DNA of 63,994 nucleotides, filler included, from Piedraia hortae CBS 480.64 (GCA_010093745.1; 3 parts of 3 records of this genome joined end to end with filler, not necessarily neighbours in it), one strand, 5' to 3'. Counted from the whole stretch's first letter, positions 47,604 through 60,322 are shown. The notes: a model not told the origin generated them from the letters alone. Numbers and translations are program-made.

Positions 47604-47717
47604 TGCGCGGTTCTGGATGGTTGGCACGGAGGGGATGGTGCGGTGGTGGTCGCAAGTCGTGGCCGGGCGCCTTGCCTCTTTGGGACCACGCGTCGCACGC
47701 CTGGAACGCGCAGTTTC

Positions 47718-47754
47718 CAAGACAGCGCAAGACAGCGCAAGACGGCGCAAGACA
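47718..47754. repeat. 10-bp tandem repeat in a divergent promoter
   Basis: CAAGACAGCG CAAGACAGCG CAAGACGGCG CAAGACA. Confidence 0.85.
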
Positions 47755-47774
47755 CAGCGCTTCTGCCAAACATC

Positions 47775-49528
47775 ATGTCTACACCTGTCAGCGGATTCTC
47801 GTTCCTTGGCGGTGGCCAGGCGGCCTCTGGTACCAATACATCCAAACCCGAGGAGAAGAAGACGGCGTCGAGCATTTTCGGCAAAACGGCCACTGTGTCT
47901 GGCGAGAATCAGTCCGGCAGTGGCCTCTTTGGTTCGACTTCGGCAACGCCTCCGACCAAGACGCCGGCGCAGACAAGCTTCACGCCAGCCGGCAACCCGC
48001 CAGCTCTCTCCATGTTCGGCGCAAGCAAGCCGGACGAGAACAAGAGCCCTTTCTCCTGGAACCCGGCCAGTACGCAGGATGCAACGGCTGCAACCGGAAC
48101 TGCCGCTGCCGGGAAGCCGGCGGCCCAGCAGCAGCCGAGCTCGTTGTTTGGTGCACCCAAGACTACTGCGGCCGGAACCACTACCTCCAGTCTCTTTAGT
48201 GGCCTGAAGTCGCCTGGAGAGTCGAAGTCGTCTACATCTGCCTCTGCTCCTGCGAGCTTTCTAGGCGGCTTCAAACCACCAGAGACTTCGAGCGCCGCTC
48301 AGCCTTTGGGCACGCCGACGACTACGTCGGGGCCCGCTTCTGGCAATATCTTTGGCAGCTTCACTGCTCCATCTGCAACGTTAGGTACCGCCCAGCCGGC
48401 AACCCCAGCCTTCGGATCCATATTCAACAAGCCAAAGGAAACAGCCGATGCTGCGGGCTCGGGCAACCAGAAGTCAGAGGAGGAGTCTAGCTCCAGCCAG
48501 CCTGCAGCAACCAAGACAACAACAGCTGGATCCACGTCGAATATATTTGACTCCCTTAAGACGCAAACGTCAAGCTCCGAAACTAGTCAGCCAGCCACGA
48601 CAACTACTGCTCCGGCAACGTCAACCGCGTCTTCTACTAGCAACCTTTTCGGTGGAGCTGCCAACTCATTTGGCTCAACAAAGTCTGCCACTGCTACGAC
48701 GGAGAAATCAGAGACTGCGGCCACTAAGGCAACGGCTCCTGCATCTGGATCGACTGCTACCGCCCCTAGCACAGTGGGTGCTGCGCCGCCGCAACAGAGT
48801 AGGCTGGCCGGTAAGACCATGGACGAAATTCTCACCATGTGGTCTACTTCCCTAGCTACACACCAGAAAACCTTTCAGCAACTGGCCCAACGCGTTAGTA
48901 CTTGGGACAAGATGCTTGTTGAAAACTCGGGAAAGATCAGTCTGCTTTACAGCAGGTGCTTTCAGGCAGAGCGAGACTGCTCTGAGGTGGAGCGTCAGCT
49001 CAGCATTGTGGAGTCCTCGCAACAAGACCTCGAAGCATTGCTGGATCGCTATGAAGGCGAAGTTGATCGGATGCTTGCCCAAGCAGGCCTGGGCGACGGT
49101 GGAAATGGAGTCAGCGGGGTGGATGCGGAGAGAGAGCGGACGTAAGTCTCCACGCAGCTCTTGGCAGCGGTGTGCTAACATAGTGTGACGACAGGTACAA
49201 GATGGCTGAACAATGCTCAACCCGTTTAACAGAAATGTCTCACAACCTGACAGAGATGATTGAAGCGGTCAATTCCGCCTCAGGCTCGCTTGCTTCGAGC
49301 CGTGGCAAGTCTCGCCCGGGCAATGACGATGCGTTGAGCGAAATAGTGCGAGTTCTCAATAGTCACTTGTCCCAGCTGCAGGTCATCGACCAGGGAGCAA
49401 CAGACTTGCAAAGCCGTGTTGTGGCAGCCCAGCAAGAGGCAAAGCACATTGGACGATTGCAAGGGCATAATGGAGACAGTGAGCAGTGGATCAAGGACTT
49501 TGGGCGCAGCTATCTGGGGAGGCGGTAA
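47775..49528 (+). CDS. NSP1: FG nucleoporin Nsp1/Nup62 (intron about 49142-49194)
   Basis: FG repeats followed by the Nsp1_C coiled coil (KTMDEILTMW...WDKMLVEN). Confidence 0.92.
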
Positions 49529-50171
49529 GCAAGCTTCAGCATCACTCTCAATTTGTACTGTTCTATGTACTTGTTACTGTCAACTGTCAATCATGACATG
49601 ACACACGCTATCTGCCAACAGGGAATTCGACCCACGGTGCGTGCAGGTGCGTCACGGTCACGTGCAAGACAAAAGTCGTGGTCGTTCTGGCGGTATGGAT
49701 TTTGCACACGATCACACTCCGCCTGTGCTTGACTCTGTCCAGCCCCTTCCTCTCCACCCGCAACTTTCGTCAGCTGACACATCTACTCCGATACATCCAC
49801 CGCTATCCCACGCTGTTCCGCGTGCATTTCCCCCTTTTCAGGTAAGCATTGTCTGGGTCCAACTCCTTGTGCCAAGCCCTGGCAGCTGCAATGGCTGCAA
49901 GAGCCCAGCGCACATGTCCAGGACTGCCAATGTCCACATACAAGTGCTACGTAATGAAAGGACAGACGCAGCAGCTGTCACCGGCTCCGGCGCGCGCTTG
50001 TTTGAGCTGGCGGAGCCACTGGTCATAAACGCCATCCCCCAGATGACAATCACGGGAGGGAGGGGGCGAACAAGGCTATGACGTGGCTCGCAGAGCTCCC
50101 ATTAACCTGTGATCGAAAGCTCGGCTAATCACCACTGTGTACAGTAAGACCGTTTCGAAAACACCACTGCA

Positions 50172-51153
50172 ATGGGTTACGAAGAATCCGTTTATCTGGC
50201 GAAGCTCGCCGAGCAGGCTGAGCGTTATGAAGGTATGTTTCCTCTCTTCGCATCAGGGCCAGCTGCGCTGACATGGCTACAGAAATGGTGGAGAACATGA
50301 AAAACGTCGCGTCTGCGGATACGGAGCTTTCGGTTGAAGAGCGAAACCTGCTCTCGGTTGCCTACAAAAACGTTATCGGAGCCCGCCGCGCGTCGTGGCG
50401 CATCGTCACCAGCATCGAGCAGAAGGAGGAGAGCAAGGGCAATGAGGCTCAGGTCAATCTTATCAAGGAGTACCGCCAGAAGATTGAGGCCGAGCTCGCC
50501 AAGATCTGCGAGGACATTCTTGACGTTCTGGACAAGCACCTCATCCCCTCTGCTCAGAGCGGTGAGTCCAAGGTGTTCTACCACAAGATGTGAGTGATAT
50601 TGTGGTTCCGGTACATGACACGCTCTAACAGAGGTTGCAGGAAGGGTGATTATCACCGCTACTTGGCTGAGTTTGCCACTGGCGAGAAGCGCAAGGCATC
50701 GGCCGACAAGTCCCTGGAAGCCTACCAGGCCGCGACCGAGGTGGCTGCCACTGACTTGGCTCCTACCCACCCCATCCGCCTCGGCCTTGCCTTGAACTTC
50801 TCCGTCTTCTACTATGAGATCCTCAACTCTCCCGACAAGGCGTGTCAGATGGCCAAGACGTCATTTGACGAAGCCATTGCCGAGCTGGACACCTTGTCTG
50901 AGGAAAGCTACAAGGACTCGACTCTTATCATGCAGTTGCTGCGTGACAATCTGGTAAGTATTGGAATTGCGCACACGTCTTTGTTGCCTGTGGCTAACAG
51001 ACATTGTAGACGCTCTGGACTTCTTCGGAGGCCGAGCCCGCTGGTGATGCATCCGCCACTGCTGCTTCTGCTGCCAAGGCAGGTGAAGGCGAGACAACAG
51101 CCAAGGAGACGACGGAAGCACCAGCCGCCGAAGAGAGCAAGGCTGCCCAGTGA
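50172..51153 (+). CDS. artA: 14-3-3 protein (three coding introns)
   Basis: [30 protein letters not shown] and [16 protein letters not shown]. Confidence 0.97.
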
Positions 51154-52191
51154 GAATAGTCTTTTTTTTGCTTCGACAACCGGTCTTTTTCCTGTCCCTG
51201 GCAGCGGGGACGGTAATGACCTAGCATTCCTTTTTTTTGCCGTGGGCGGAGATGAATTAGGTAGTGAGTATGCACGATAGCAAACTGCTTACATGACATA
51301 GCTTGTGAATGGATTCAATATCCCAGCTCTCTTACCACTGCTGTTCTACGTGTACAGGTTGTCTTTTGTGTGCCCTACAGTAATGTTCGCCGAGGCTAGT
51401 GGACATGCCGTTACAAGGGATTGCTTGTCCAGGCAGCCAAGTACATATTCCCATGCAAGGAACGGGCTGTAAGCCCAGTCTTGTCTTATCACATCAGAAG
51501 AGTCAAGGTCAGCGGCGGTTGTGAAAATCACTTTTTGATCTCGTGACCAGCCTGGACTGCCGCTAACATTTTAGCGCCGAACGCCGAATACCCGCTTTAG
51601 TCCGGTTACCTTCACGACACCACGCTCATCAACACTTTCACAGGTCTTGCTTTGCCAGCACTTGCTTCCTTTGGGTTCATTTCAAGTCTTCGTTGCGAGT
51701 CTTTTGCTCAGCGTCATCTTTCAGGTTAGTAGTCGCCCGTCCATGTGCGCAAGGACTCGCCTTGGTCATCGCAACGGTCGTTCAACAGACAGCTTCTTTT
51801 GCCACCCCAAAGCACCTTCACACTTCTAACCTGCCAAATTGGGTCCTTACCCCCACCACGGCTGCTGCTTCAAAATTGGCAGCTGCCGTTGGGTTGCACG
51901 AGGCAGTCCTTGTGAAAAGAGCAGTGACTAACTCGACTCAACAGCAATCTTTGCAACCTTGAACTTGTTACGTCTAGACACTGGCCCTCTTGAACCCTCG
52001 ACAGGGCTGGAGCATGCTTGAAGCGTCTCGCGTAAGTTAAGCTCCAATGACCTCAGCCGAAGAGGCCTTACTAATCTCAAAGTAATCTTGGTGTCTTTTG
52101 TAAAACGATTTCGTCCAGAGGGTCTTCTGTTCAGCTCCTTTTCGGCGTTACACCTCGGTAAATCTTTGAAGATACAATCTGAGCGAGCAAT

Positions 52192-53654
52192 ATGAGTTAT
52201 CCGGGTTTTGGTGACAACGCTGCTCCGGCACCTCCATCAGGTGAGGATCAGGGCGCATTTGGCGCCCCTAATACCCAGTCGCAGGCCACTTTGAGCCAGC
52301 CACTCGACCAACCGCAGCAGACGGGACAATTTCCAGGTGTACCGCCAGCTGGTGGTACTCCTGCTGGGACTAGTCCCCAGCTTAGCGGGGATCGGAAGAA
52401 CACTCTTTGGTACGTCTAGTTTGCATTGTTTTAATTTCTCTGACAATGTCGCAGGATGGGAGAACTCGAGCCATGGATCGACGAAAACTTCATCCGCAGT
52501 GTTTGGTTTGGCATGGGCTTTCAAGTAAGCGTCAAAATGATCCGTGACAAGTTTAGTGGTAGCAATGCTGGCTACTGCTTCATCGAGTTTGAGAACCCCG
52601 AAGCCGCCTCGCGTGCATTGGCGTTCAACGGCCAAGTCATTCCAAACTCCAGCCGTCCGTTCAAACTGAACTGGGCCAGTGGGGGTGGGCTCAACGACCG
52701 CACTCGTGATGATCGTGGACCGGAGCATTCCATATTTGTTGGCGATCTTGGTCCAGAAGTGACGGAATACGTCCTTAATTCGGTCTTTGCGGCTAAATAC
52801 CCTTCTTGCAAATCTGTCAAGATTATGACCGACCCTTTGAGGGGCACGTCAAGGGGTTATGGCTTTGTACGTTTTGCCGACGAGGCAGATCAGCAAAAGG
52901 CGCTGCGCGAAATGCAAGGCGTCTATTGCGGGAATCGGCCTATGCGCATCTCGACTGCTACGCCTAAGAACAAAAGCATGGTCGGGAATCCAATGGGTAT
53001 GCCGACCAGTCCCGGCATGGGCATGTACGGCCTTGGCGCTCCCCCCATGGGCTTCTTTGGACCTCAGGGCCTACAGCCCATGAATCAGTTCACCGACCCG
53101 AACAATACTACTGTTTTCGTCGGTGGCTTGTCCGGATACGTGACCGAAGACGAGTTGCGATCGTTTTTTCAGGGATTTGGTGACATAACATATGTGAAGA
53201 TTCCTCCCGGCAAAGGCTGTGGCTTTGTCCAGTTCGTCCAGCGTCATGCGGCTGAGATGGCCATCAATCAAATGCAAGGCTATCCCATTGGAAACTCACG
53301 GGTACGACTTAGCTGGGGCCGTTCTCAAAACAACTCTGGCCCGGCAGGTACTCCCTATCGACCCGCACCACCTCCACCGGTTTTTGGCCCGATGGGTGGT
53401 GGCATGGGTGGTGGCATGGGCGGAGGCATGAGTGGAGGTATGGGTGGCGGCATGAGTGGTGCTATGGGTGGAGGCATGGGTGGCGGCATGGGTGGAGCTA
53501 TGGGCGCAAGCATGGGCAGCAACATGGGAGGTAGCATGGCGAGCCATATGGGTGGAGGCATGGGTATGCCACCTCAAAACCCCTATGGCAGCTATGGCCC
53601 GGTAAGTCTGACATGGCAAGCCTTGAGACGCGGAGCTAATTAGGACGACAGTAA
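52192..53654 (+). CDS. NAM8: Triple-RRM RNA-binding protein of the Nam8/Ngr1/Csx1 family
   Basis: TLW|MGELEPW across intron 52410-52455, FKLNWASG, SIFVGDL and DPNNTTVFVGGLS; last exon uncertain. Confidence 0.88.
53392..53565 (+). repeat. 12-bp coding repeat (MGGG)n
   Basis: About 14 degenerate ATGGGTGGNGGC units. Confidence 0.9.
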
Positions 53655-54098
53655 GCGCCCTTTTCGTTCTTACCTGCCTTGAGAGTGATTGCGCTTTAGC
53701 GGGAGTTGGTCCAGGTTGCGGCTCTTTCTTCACTTGCATGCTACGGCTGTCTCACAACAGTGTGGCTATGGGAACACGATCTACGACATCATGCCAACAA
53801 ATCTCCCGGCGAGGAGAGTCAATGTGTGCATCACTTTGGGCGGGCGGTTCGAATTCACGGTGTGTTCAGTACCGAAGCAGACGTCGGCTTTTCTTTTAGT
53901 TGAATTAGTCCTTAGCACCTCTTGGACGCCTGCGAGGAATCAACATGTAGGATCCCTGCAAGCTCTTTCCTTTCCGTCCCGGGTTACGTTCACAGGTGAT
54001 GTCGGTCGCTCCTTCCTCAACTGACCGATTCCACACAATTCCACACAGCCACATGTCCAACTTCACCACGACCTCATTTCTCCCTTCAACTCTTGACG

Positions 54099-55268
54099 AT
54101 GCGCTTCCGCAACTGGGACGTGCTGCTGTTTCCACAGAGCTCTCACATACCCCTGCAAGAGTTTCGTACCGCCTGCTATTTGCAACAGGATCTGAACCAC
54201 ATGGAGCGGTGCACCACACCGATTCTAACCTCGTTTGTACCGTCGTTGTCTCATGGAACCCCGTTTCGGGTTTCAGTACACTCGTGGACCAAGCCAGAGG
54301 CTATCGTCAATACGAGCCCGTATTGCATCAGTCCTGACACCAAGTTTTCGTGGTGCATCCGTGTCTGGGCTGATGGCACAATGTTATCCATGGAGATTTA
54401 CCCCGAAGACTCGTTCTTCCCCAAGCAAATCGGCAAGTATAACGACACACAGGGACGTTGGCTAATCGGTATAGATGGTCCCAGCATGACATTTCCGGTG
54501 TTTCACAAAGAGATTCTTCATCAGCCCAATTGGAATGCTGCAGACGACCTTGGTCGCATCAAGGTCCAGGTCTCGGCTGGGTATGAAGTCGATGCTGGCT
54601 TTGTCACACTTGTCGACTATGTCATCTTTTCATTCCAGCCGGTTCCTCTAGGTCTGTAGATGATCGTCGAGCGATTGAGCATTACTTACATCTGGACAGA
54701 GCATCTCGAGCGCTGTGGAGTGGCCTGGCCTCGCCCCAATATGCCAATCGTGTCGAATCCCCTCCAGATGGCGTTGCCTCAGCAGATGCTGGCCGGGGGG
54801 CCGATGGCGAATGGCAGCAGCCGTAACACTTCGTCTTCTTATTCCCTGTGTCCCCCTAACGTCTACCCACTGTACTCAAATAGGCGTCAGGTGAGTAATC
54901 AAGTGAGGCAGGGTTTCGAAGCGGGTCAGTCAAAGCAGGTGTGTGGCCTGACCAATTGAGATCTTGCTCGCTTACGTCTTAGGGGAATAACTCACACTAC
55001 GGGTCGAGCACTGCTATGCCCTTGGATGAGGCTGTACCCTGTAAGCGTGAGCAAAGTGCGAGTCCTGGGCAGATGGGTGAGTAATTAGTTGCCACAAGAT
55101 GTTGCTGACGATCTAGCGAATGATTTCTTGTCAACCGTCATGGAGATACCTCTGCTTGCAACGACTGGTAATGCGTCAGGGAGAAAGCGTAGCCGAGTCG
55201 GAGGTGAAGTGAGTCCACCAAAGAGACCGAGTTCTGGGGACAAGGAAAACTGTGGACATATGTACTAA
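54099..55268 (+). CDS. Conserved hypothetical protein, multi-exon
   Basis: MRFRNWDVLLFP...PLQEFRTAC; introns at about 54433-54474 (GC-AG), 54652-54699, 54891-54982 and 55077-55116. Confidence 0.65.
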
Positions 55269-55289
55269 GAGCTGCGGATTAGATGGACC

Positions 55290-55893
55290 TCAGGCCTGGG
55301 GAGGCACTCCAAGAGCCTGCTCGGCCAGTTTCTCCTGCTCCTCCCGACTCTCTCCTAGTTGCTCGCGACCAGATGCGAAAACCTTGTCGAAATCGTACTC
55401 AAACCAGTGGATTACTGGGTTGAGACCGGCAAACTTCCAGACACCGTTGACTTTTTTGTACCAATGAGTGTTGTAGCTGTGAGCGTGGCCCTTGACAGCG
55501 ACGGTCTTCCTGGATTCATCGGTATAACGCTGATGAGGAACACGAAGCTGATGATATCCAGTGATTTCGTCGTCAGAAACCCGTTCCCATTTGGTCGCAC
55601 CGACAAAATGCTGTGTCATGAGCAAGGGATCACCCAGAACGTTCTTGTCAGACGCCATTTTGATGTATTCATCAGCAGGCATTGACTCCCATAGTTTGTT
55701 CAGGAACGAACGATAATCAATGCGCAGCGTCGGTGCAATAATTGTGGACAGTCGTTTCCAGTCTTTGGAATCGTAGCTCTCGGCCCAGTCATAGACTACG
55801 CCCATGCATGCTTGCATATCGTTTTTGGTTGTCAATTTATGGACCAAGGGAATGCTTGGTTTACACACCTTCTAGGGAAATGGGTTTTGCCAT
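55290..55893 (-). CDS. SCD1: Scytalone dehydratase (DHN melanin pathway)
   Basis: WAESYDSKDW, IDYRSFL, TQHFVG, HQLRVPHQ, KGHAH and WKFAGL; short first exon MAKPISLE. Confidence 0.95.
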
Positions 55894-56044
55894 TGTGAAT
55901 TGGGAGAGTAGGGCAGGGTAGGAGGGAAAAGATGGAGAGGCTGACGAGATATCTTCTCCTGGGGGCTACTCATAGTCCTGTACAAACTATTTTTAGTGAC
56001 GGCATCCCCACCCCGACCGCCTATTTCCAACCCAAAAGGACAAC

Positions 56045-57319
56045 ATGGACCACGAAAGCCTCCGAACGGCGACGACATACCTGAACAACCTTCTACTGGC
56101 GCGCGGGTTATTGCGCAATGGCGAACCGATTGACTTTGTCAAACCCGGCCGCGATGCGCGTGCCCAAATTATCAACCTCGTCCACGACCTCGTGTTGCGA
56201 CAAGATCGCGGTCGGGAGCAGCGCGAAGAGATCGCCGAGACGTTGCGCCATCTACATAGCGAAGACGGCCGCAAGCAAGCGGCGCTAGACCGGTTAAAGG
56301 AGAAGAGCGAGGCCGACGCTCGCGCCGCAGCCCAGGCGCGTGTGGCGCAAAACGCGGCCGAAGCGGAGCTCAAAGCTGCCGAGCGAACGATCAAGAGGCT
56401 TCAGGATCAGACAGCACGGTTGAAGGCGAACCTGACGCAAACGCGGACTTTGTGTCAGAACGACATACGTAAACGCGATGTGGAATTGGCGCGTCTCAAG
56501 TCGCATCTGCAGCAGCACCGCAGCGGGAGGGCGGCGCCGCCGACCATGACCATCACCGGCGGTACTGCAAAAACCACTCAGCCACTCCCAGACGTCCATT
56601 CAGCAGAGTACAGTCTGAAGCAGGAGACGACCGAGTTTCTCACACAGTTGAGCCAGAGCCTAAGCGAGGAGAACGATTCCCTCATGCGGGCTGTCCGAAA
56701 CGCTCTGGTAACCACCAGGGAGCTCCTCGGCGTCGCTGTAGTGCCCCAACCCTCAGAGCATACGACGCTGGAAGCTGAACTGGAGCAATCCCTGTCGGAG
56801 CTCAAAGTGATGCTGAGCAATCCCAACTTTGTCACGCTCGACGAAGTGGAGGTGCGCGACGAGGAGATTGCCCGGTTACGTGAGGGATGGGAGAAGATGG
56901 AGGCGCGATGGAGAGACGTTGTGGCCATGATGGACGGGTGGAGGAAGAAGGTCGGCACGGGAGATACCATCAAACTAGAGGATCTGAGGCTTGGGATGGG
57001 CATGATCCAGCCTCCAGACCAGAAGAAGGTGGAAGAAAACTCTCTAGAGAGCTCAGTAATGGACATTGAGAGCACATCCCCACCAGCATCCCCGGGAGCT
57101 GACTCTGGCTCGGACACAGAAACGGAAAAGTCCATGTCGATCGAAGAGAAACTTTTACAGGCGCAAAAGGAGGCAGCCGAGGGCGCAATTACAGACGAAG
57201 ACGATGATATTCTAGGCGTCTTGAAGACACAAAGTCCCGTGAGAAAGACTAACATCAAGGGTAAGCCAAAGCGGAGGAGCACGCTCAGCAGAGAGGAATT
57301 GGCTCAGCTGCTGGGCTAA
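56045..57319 (+). CDS. tinA: ADIP/Msd1-family spindle-pole protein, TinA-like
   Basis: YLNNLLLARGLL, IINLVHDL, coiled coil and YSLKQETTEFLTQL. Confidence 0.75.
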   Translation: MDHESLRTATTYLNNLLLARGLLRNGEPIDFVKPGRDARAQIINLVHDLVLRQDRGREQREEIAETLRHLHSEDGRKQAALDRLKEKSEADARAAAQARVAQNAAEAELKAAERTIKRLQDQTARLKANLTQTRTLCQNDIRKRDVELARLKSHLQQHRSGRAAPPTMTITGGTAKTTQPLPDVHSAEYSLKQETTEFLTQLSQSLSEENDSLMRAVRNALVTTRELLGVAVVPQPSEHTTLEAELEQSLSELKVMLSNPNFVTLDEVEVRDEEIARLREGWEKMEARWRDVVAMMDGWRKKVGTGDTIKLEDLRLGMGMIQPPDQKKVEENSLESSVMDIESTSPPASPGADSGSDTETEKSMSIEEKLLQAQKEAAEGAITDEDDDILGVLKTQSPVRKTNIKGKPKRRSTLSREELAQLLG

Positions 57320-58191
57320 ACAAAGGCTTACTGTCCTGCTGATCGTATGACTGCTTGGAACATGCAATGCACGTCATGTGTAGGCACGGCAGCAAGAAGT
57401 GCACGAGCTGCCTGACACTTCACAAGGCCGAGATCTACAGACCTCGATGAAGCTCAAGCCTCACTCGTCATGATAACTCAACGCCGGCTGGCGGTTGGCG
57501 GGGATCCCCGTTGTGGCTACAGTGGCGACTTTTTGTTCGAAAAGAGGTGCATGAGGGTACATGATTGTGGCGGGACCCTACAGCGACCCTGACCAATCGA
57601 TCACATTTGCTAAGCGCTCTGCATTATGCTGTCCCTGCGGACTGCCTCCTTGGGGGTGTACAAGATTTTTCTCGCTGGCCTACCTGCTACTGTCTACTGT
57701 CTGACTGTAGAGGTTGAAACGAGAGCGTTACATCGATGAATGATGTTCATCCTGGAGATAGAGGGGCAGCAGATAGGCTTGACGTCAGATGTACCCCGCT
57801 TTTCCCCGCCAAAAGTTGACCAATCAAAGCGGCCGTAGAAGCGCAAACGCCTGCACGGTTTGCAGGCTATTTCGGGGAACCGGTGACTTCACGTCCAACT
57901 CTCTGCCCTCGTGTCCTGCCCTTTTTCGCTTAACAGCCTGCATCATGTGCCCATCTATTATGCAGATGTAGGCGCGGCACAATCAAGGATTAGACTACCG
58001 TTTGTATCCATATAAGCCCTTTTTCCCTCTTCCCTCTTTCTCTTCCAACAACTCCGTTCCACAGTTCAGAGCAGGTCTCTTTCCACCTTTTATCTCTTTC
58101 TTGCGTTTAGGCCTGGTGCCATTTCTGTTTTCTTTACGACTAATTCTAGCACACCATTGTCGCTGGTCGACTTAATAAAAGCTCCTAAAAA

Positions 58192-58965
58192 ATGGCAGTT
58201 CAGCTTAACTTCAACCTCCGCACTTCGGCCAACTGCAAGACGGTCCATCTGCTTGGATCCTGGGACAACTACACCAGACAACTGCCTCTGAGTAAGGATT
58301 CTAGCAAGTCGGGTGCTTGGAATGGCGCGTTTCGCTTCTACAACTCTCTGAAACCTGGACAGCGGTACTGGTACTACTACATCATCGACGGCTATCACGT
58401 CAGCCACGATCCCGCCCGTCCTTCTGTTCAGGAACAGACCACCGGTCGCAAGCTCAACATTCTGGACATTCCGTCTTCTCCCTCCTCTGATGCCTCGAAG
58501 AGGTCGTCTCGTCATTCTCGCCGCCCATCCACCCAACCAATGAGCGGCCGCTCCTTGTCGCCGTCGCAGATCAAGTGCCCACGACCGGTGCGGCCGACAG
58601 AGACGCGCCGCGTGCGCGGTGAAGCCTTTGGCCCTGGTGCCGTCGACAAGCTCAGTCGACAATTCGCGCGCAGTCGCATTGAGTCCGAATCCGACTCCGA
58701 CTCCGACTCGGATGAAGACTCGGATGTGCCGTCGCTCACATCGCGGTCCTCGCGCTCATCACGGTCATCGGTGCCATCAGTCTCGTCGTCGTCGGAATCG
58801 GGTTGCTCCTGCAACAGATACGGCATTACCCGGTCCGGCCACCGCGTCAAGCTCGACTGTGGCGGCAAGCAATGTGGCAGCTATGACTCGTCTTCTGGGT
58901 CAGAGTGCTCCAGTGACTCGGAGCCCGAACGTTATCCCACACGCCGCTATGTATCCAGGAGGTGA
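58192..58965 (+). CDS. esdC: CBM48 (AMPK-beta-like glycogen-binding) protein, EsdC type
   Basis: MAVQLNFNLRTS..VHLLGSWDNY..YWYYYIIDG and a Cys-rich C-terminus. Confidence 0.8.
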   Translation: MAVQLNFNLRTSANCKTVHLLGSWDNYTRQLPLSKDSSKSGAWNGAFRFYNSLKPGQRYWYYYIIDGYHVSHDPARPSVQEQTTGRKLNILDIPSSPSSDASKRSSRHSRRPSTQPMSGRSLSPSQIKCPRPVRPTETRRVRGEAFGPGAVDKLSRQFARSRIESESDSDSDSDEDSDVPSLTSRSSRSSRSSVPSVSSSSESGCSCNRYGITRSGHRVKLDCGGKQCGSYDSSSGSECSSDSEPERYPTRRYVSRR

Positions 58966-59335
58966 ACGCCAATCTCGTAACGAGCTGGTTCTCGTCCTAA
59001 AAAAATCAAGAAAACAAAAGCAACTATCTACTACGATGACAAGCCTAGCAACCTGTCGAACGCACGACACGGACCTTTCTGCTTGAGGAAATTGTGGCTC
59101 CCGGATATGGGCTGTGCTGCTGAGGGATGAGAGTTTTGATGTGGTGATGATTATGTGGACGTAAATAATCTACAAGAAGCTATTGATGGTATGATATCAT
59201 TACATTCTGTGATCTTGTTCGTACCAGTGATGTCCTGTGGTAGGCACGCTAACCAGGTTGAAGTCTGCACTGCCAGGAACACAATCTTCTGTCGAAACAA
59301 ACACAACCCCAATCGCCTACACTACCTCTGATATA

Positions 59336-60322
59336 ATGGATCTAACACCAATCTACATCCGCGGCAAGCGTCGCTCGAAGCGCAAGGATAATCAACCTGA
59401 CCACCTCCCTCCATCTCTACGCAGCCACAAACGACACCAACCTCATCGTATCCCTCCTGCTCAGCAAAAAACCAACCCCCCCTCCCGTCTAGAACTTCTC
59501 CCAACGGAAGTCATCCAATCCATCTTTCTCTTATCAAAAAATATCTCCCTACCTCTAACCTCACCAACCCTCAAAGATCAGCTTACCTCGCCATACATGT
59601 TCACGCGTTTTATGGACGTGACTATGCGACCTCTCACGGGGAACATTCTCCCGTCACAAGCGGAAGTTGCAGACGCGCGGAGTGTTCTTAATGCACGGTT
59701 TGTGACGTTCGGGTTTTTTGTTGGGTGGGTTTCGCAGTTTTTGGGTTCTGGGGCAGGCGGATGCATAGCTGTAGCTGTGGCTGGAACCGGAGGCCCAACC
59801 ACAGGCCCAACCACAAGCACAGCTGTCAGCGAAGCCGGACCCACAAGTTCACCCGCCCCAGGGGGATCTGAGGGAGGAGCAGCGGCAGCCCAACTGATCA
59901 CCACCCCCCTCATGAGCGTATTCCCCCGCCTCCCCCCCTCCAAACTCCTCCACGGCCCTTGGTGTGAATCTAAAATATCCTTCCTCCGCCTCTTTTCCCC
60001 ATCCCCAAACGGCGCTGCCGTCTCATCACCAGACTATCCCCTCGCGCGGAGGGGGTTATTCGATGCCATTGTCGCTGGCGAGTTTGAGGCGTTCACCCTC
60101 CTCCTGCGGCTGGGGGTGTCGGCTGATTTGGAGGTCCTTAGGGCTGTGGTGATGGGGGAGAGTTGTGGGGGAGAGTTTGTGAGGGTTGTGCTGGAGAGGG
60201 TTAGTGAGGGGTGGGGTGAGGTTGATGTGCTTGATCAAAAGCTTTGGGAGTGGGTTGAGGAGGCCGAACGGAGGGGGGAGGGGAAGGCAGGGGTGGTGAG
60301 GGGGTTGTTGCAGGGAGCGTAG
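59336..60322 (+). CDS. Hypothetical protein with an F-box-like segment
   Basis: SRLELLPTEVIQSIF..NISLP..SP.L. Confidence 0.65.
   Translation: MDLTPIYIRGKRRSKRKDNQPDHLPPSLRSHKRHQPHRIPPAQQKTNPPSRLELLPTEVIQSIFLLSKNISLPLTSPTLKDQLTSPYMFTRFMDVTMRPLTGNILPSQAEVADARSVLNARFVTFGFFVGWVSQFLGSGAGGCIAVAVAGTGGPTTGPTTSTAVSEAGPTSSPAPGGSEGGAAAAQLITTPLMSVFPRLPPSKLLHGPWCESKISFLRLFSPSPNGAAVSSPDYPLARRGLFDAIVAGEFEAFTLLLRLGVSADLEVLRAVVMGESCGGEFVRVVLERVSEGWGEVDVLDQKLWEWVEEAERRGEGKAGVVRGLLQGA

Noticed and set aside
55290..55893. Melanin biosynthetic gene cluster
   Set aside because: No PKS, reductase or laccase is adjacent; the dehydratase stands alone.
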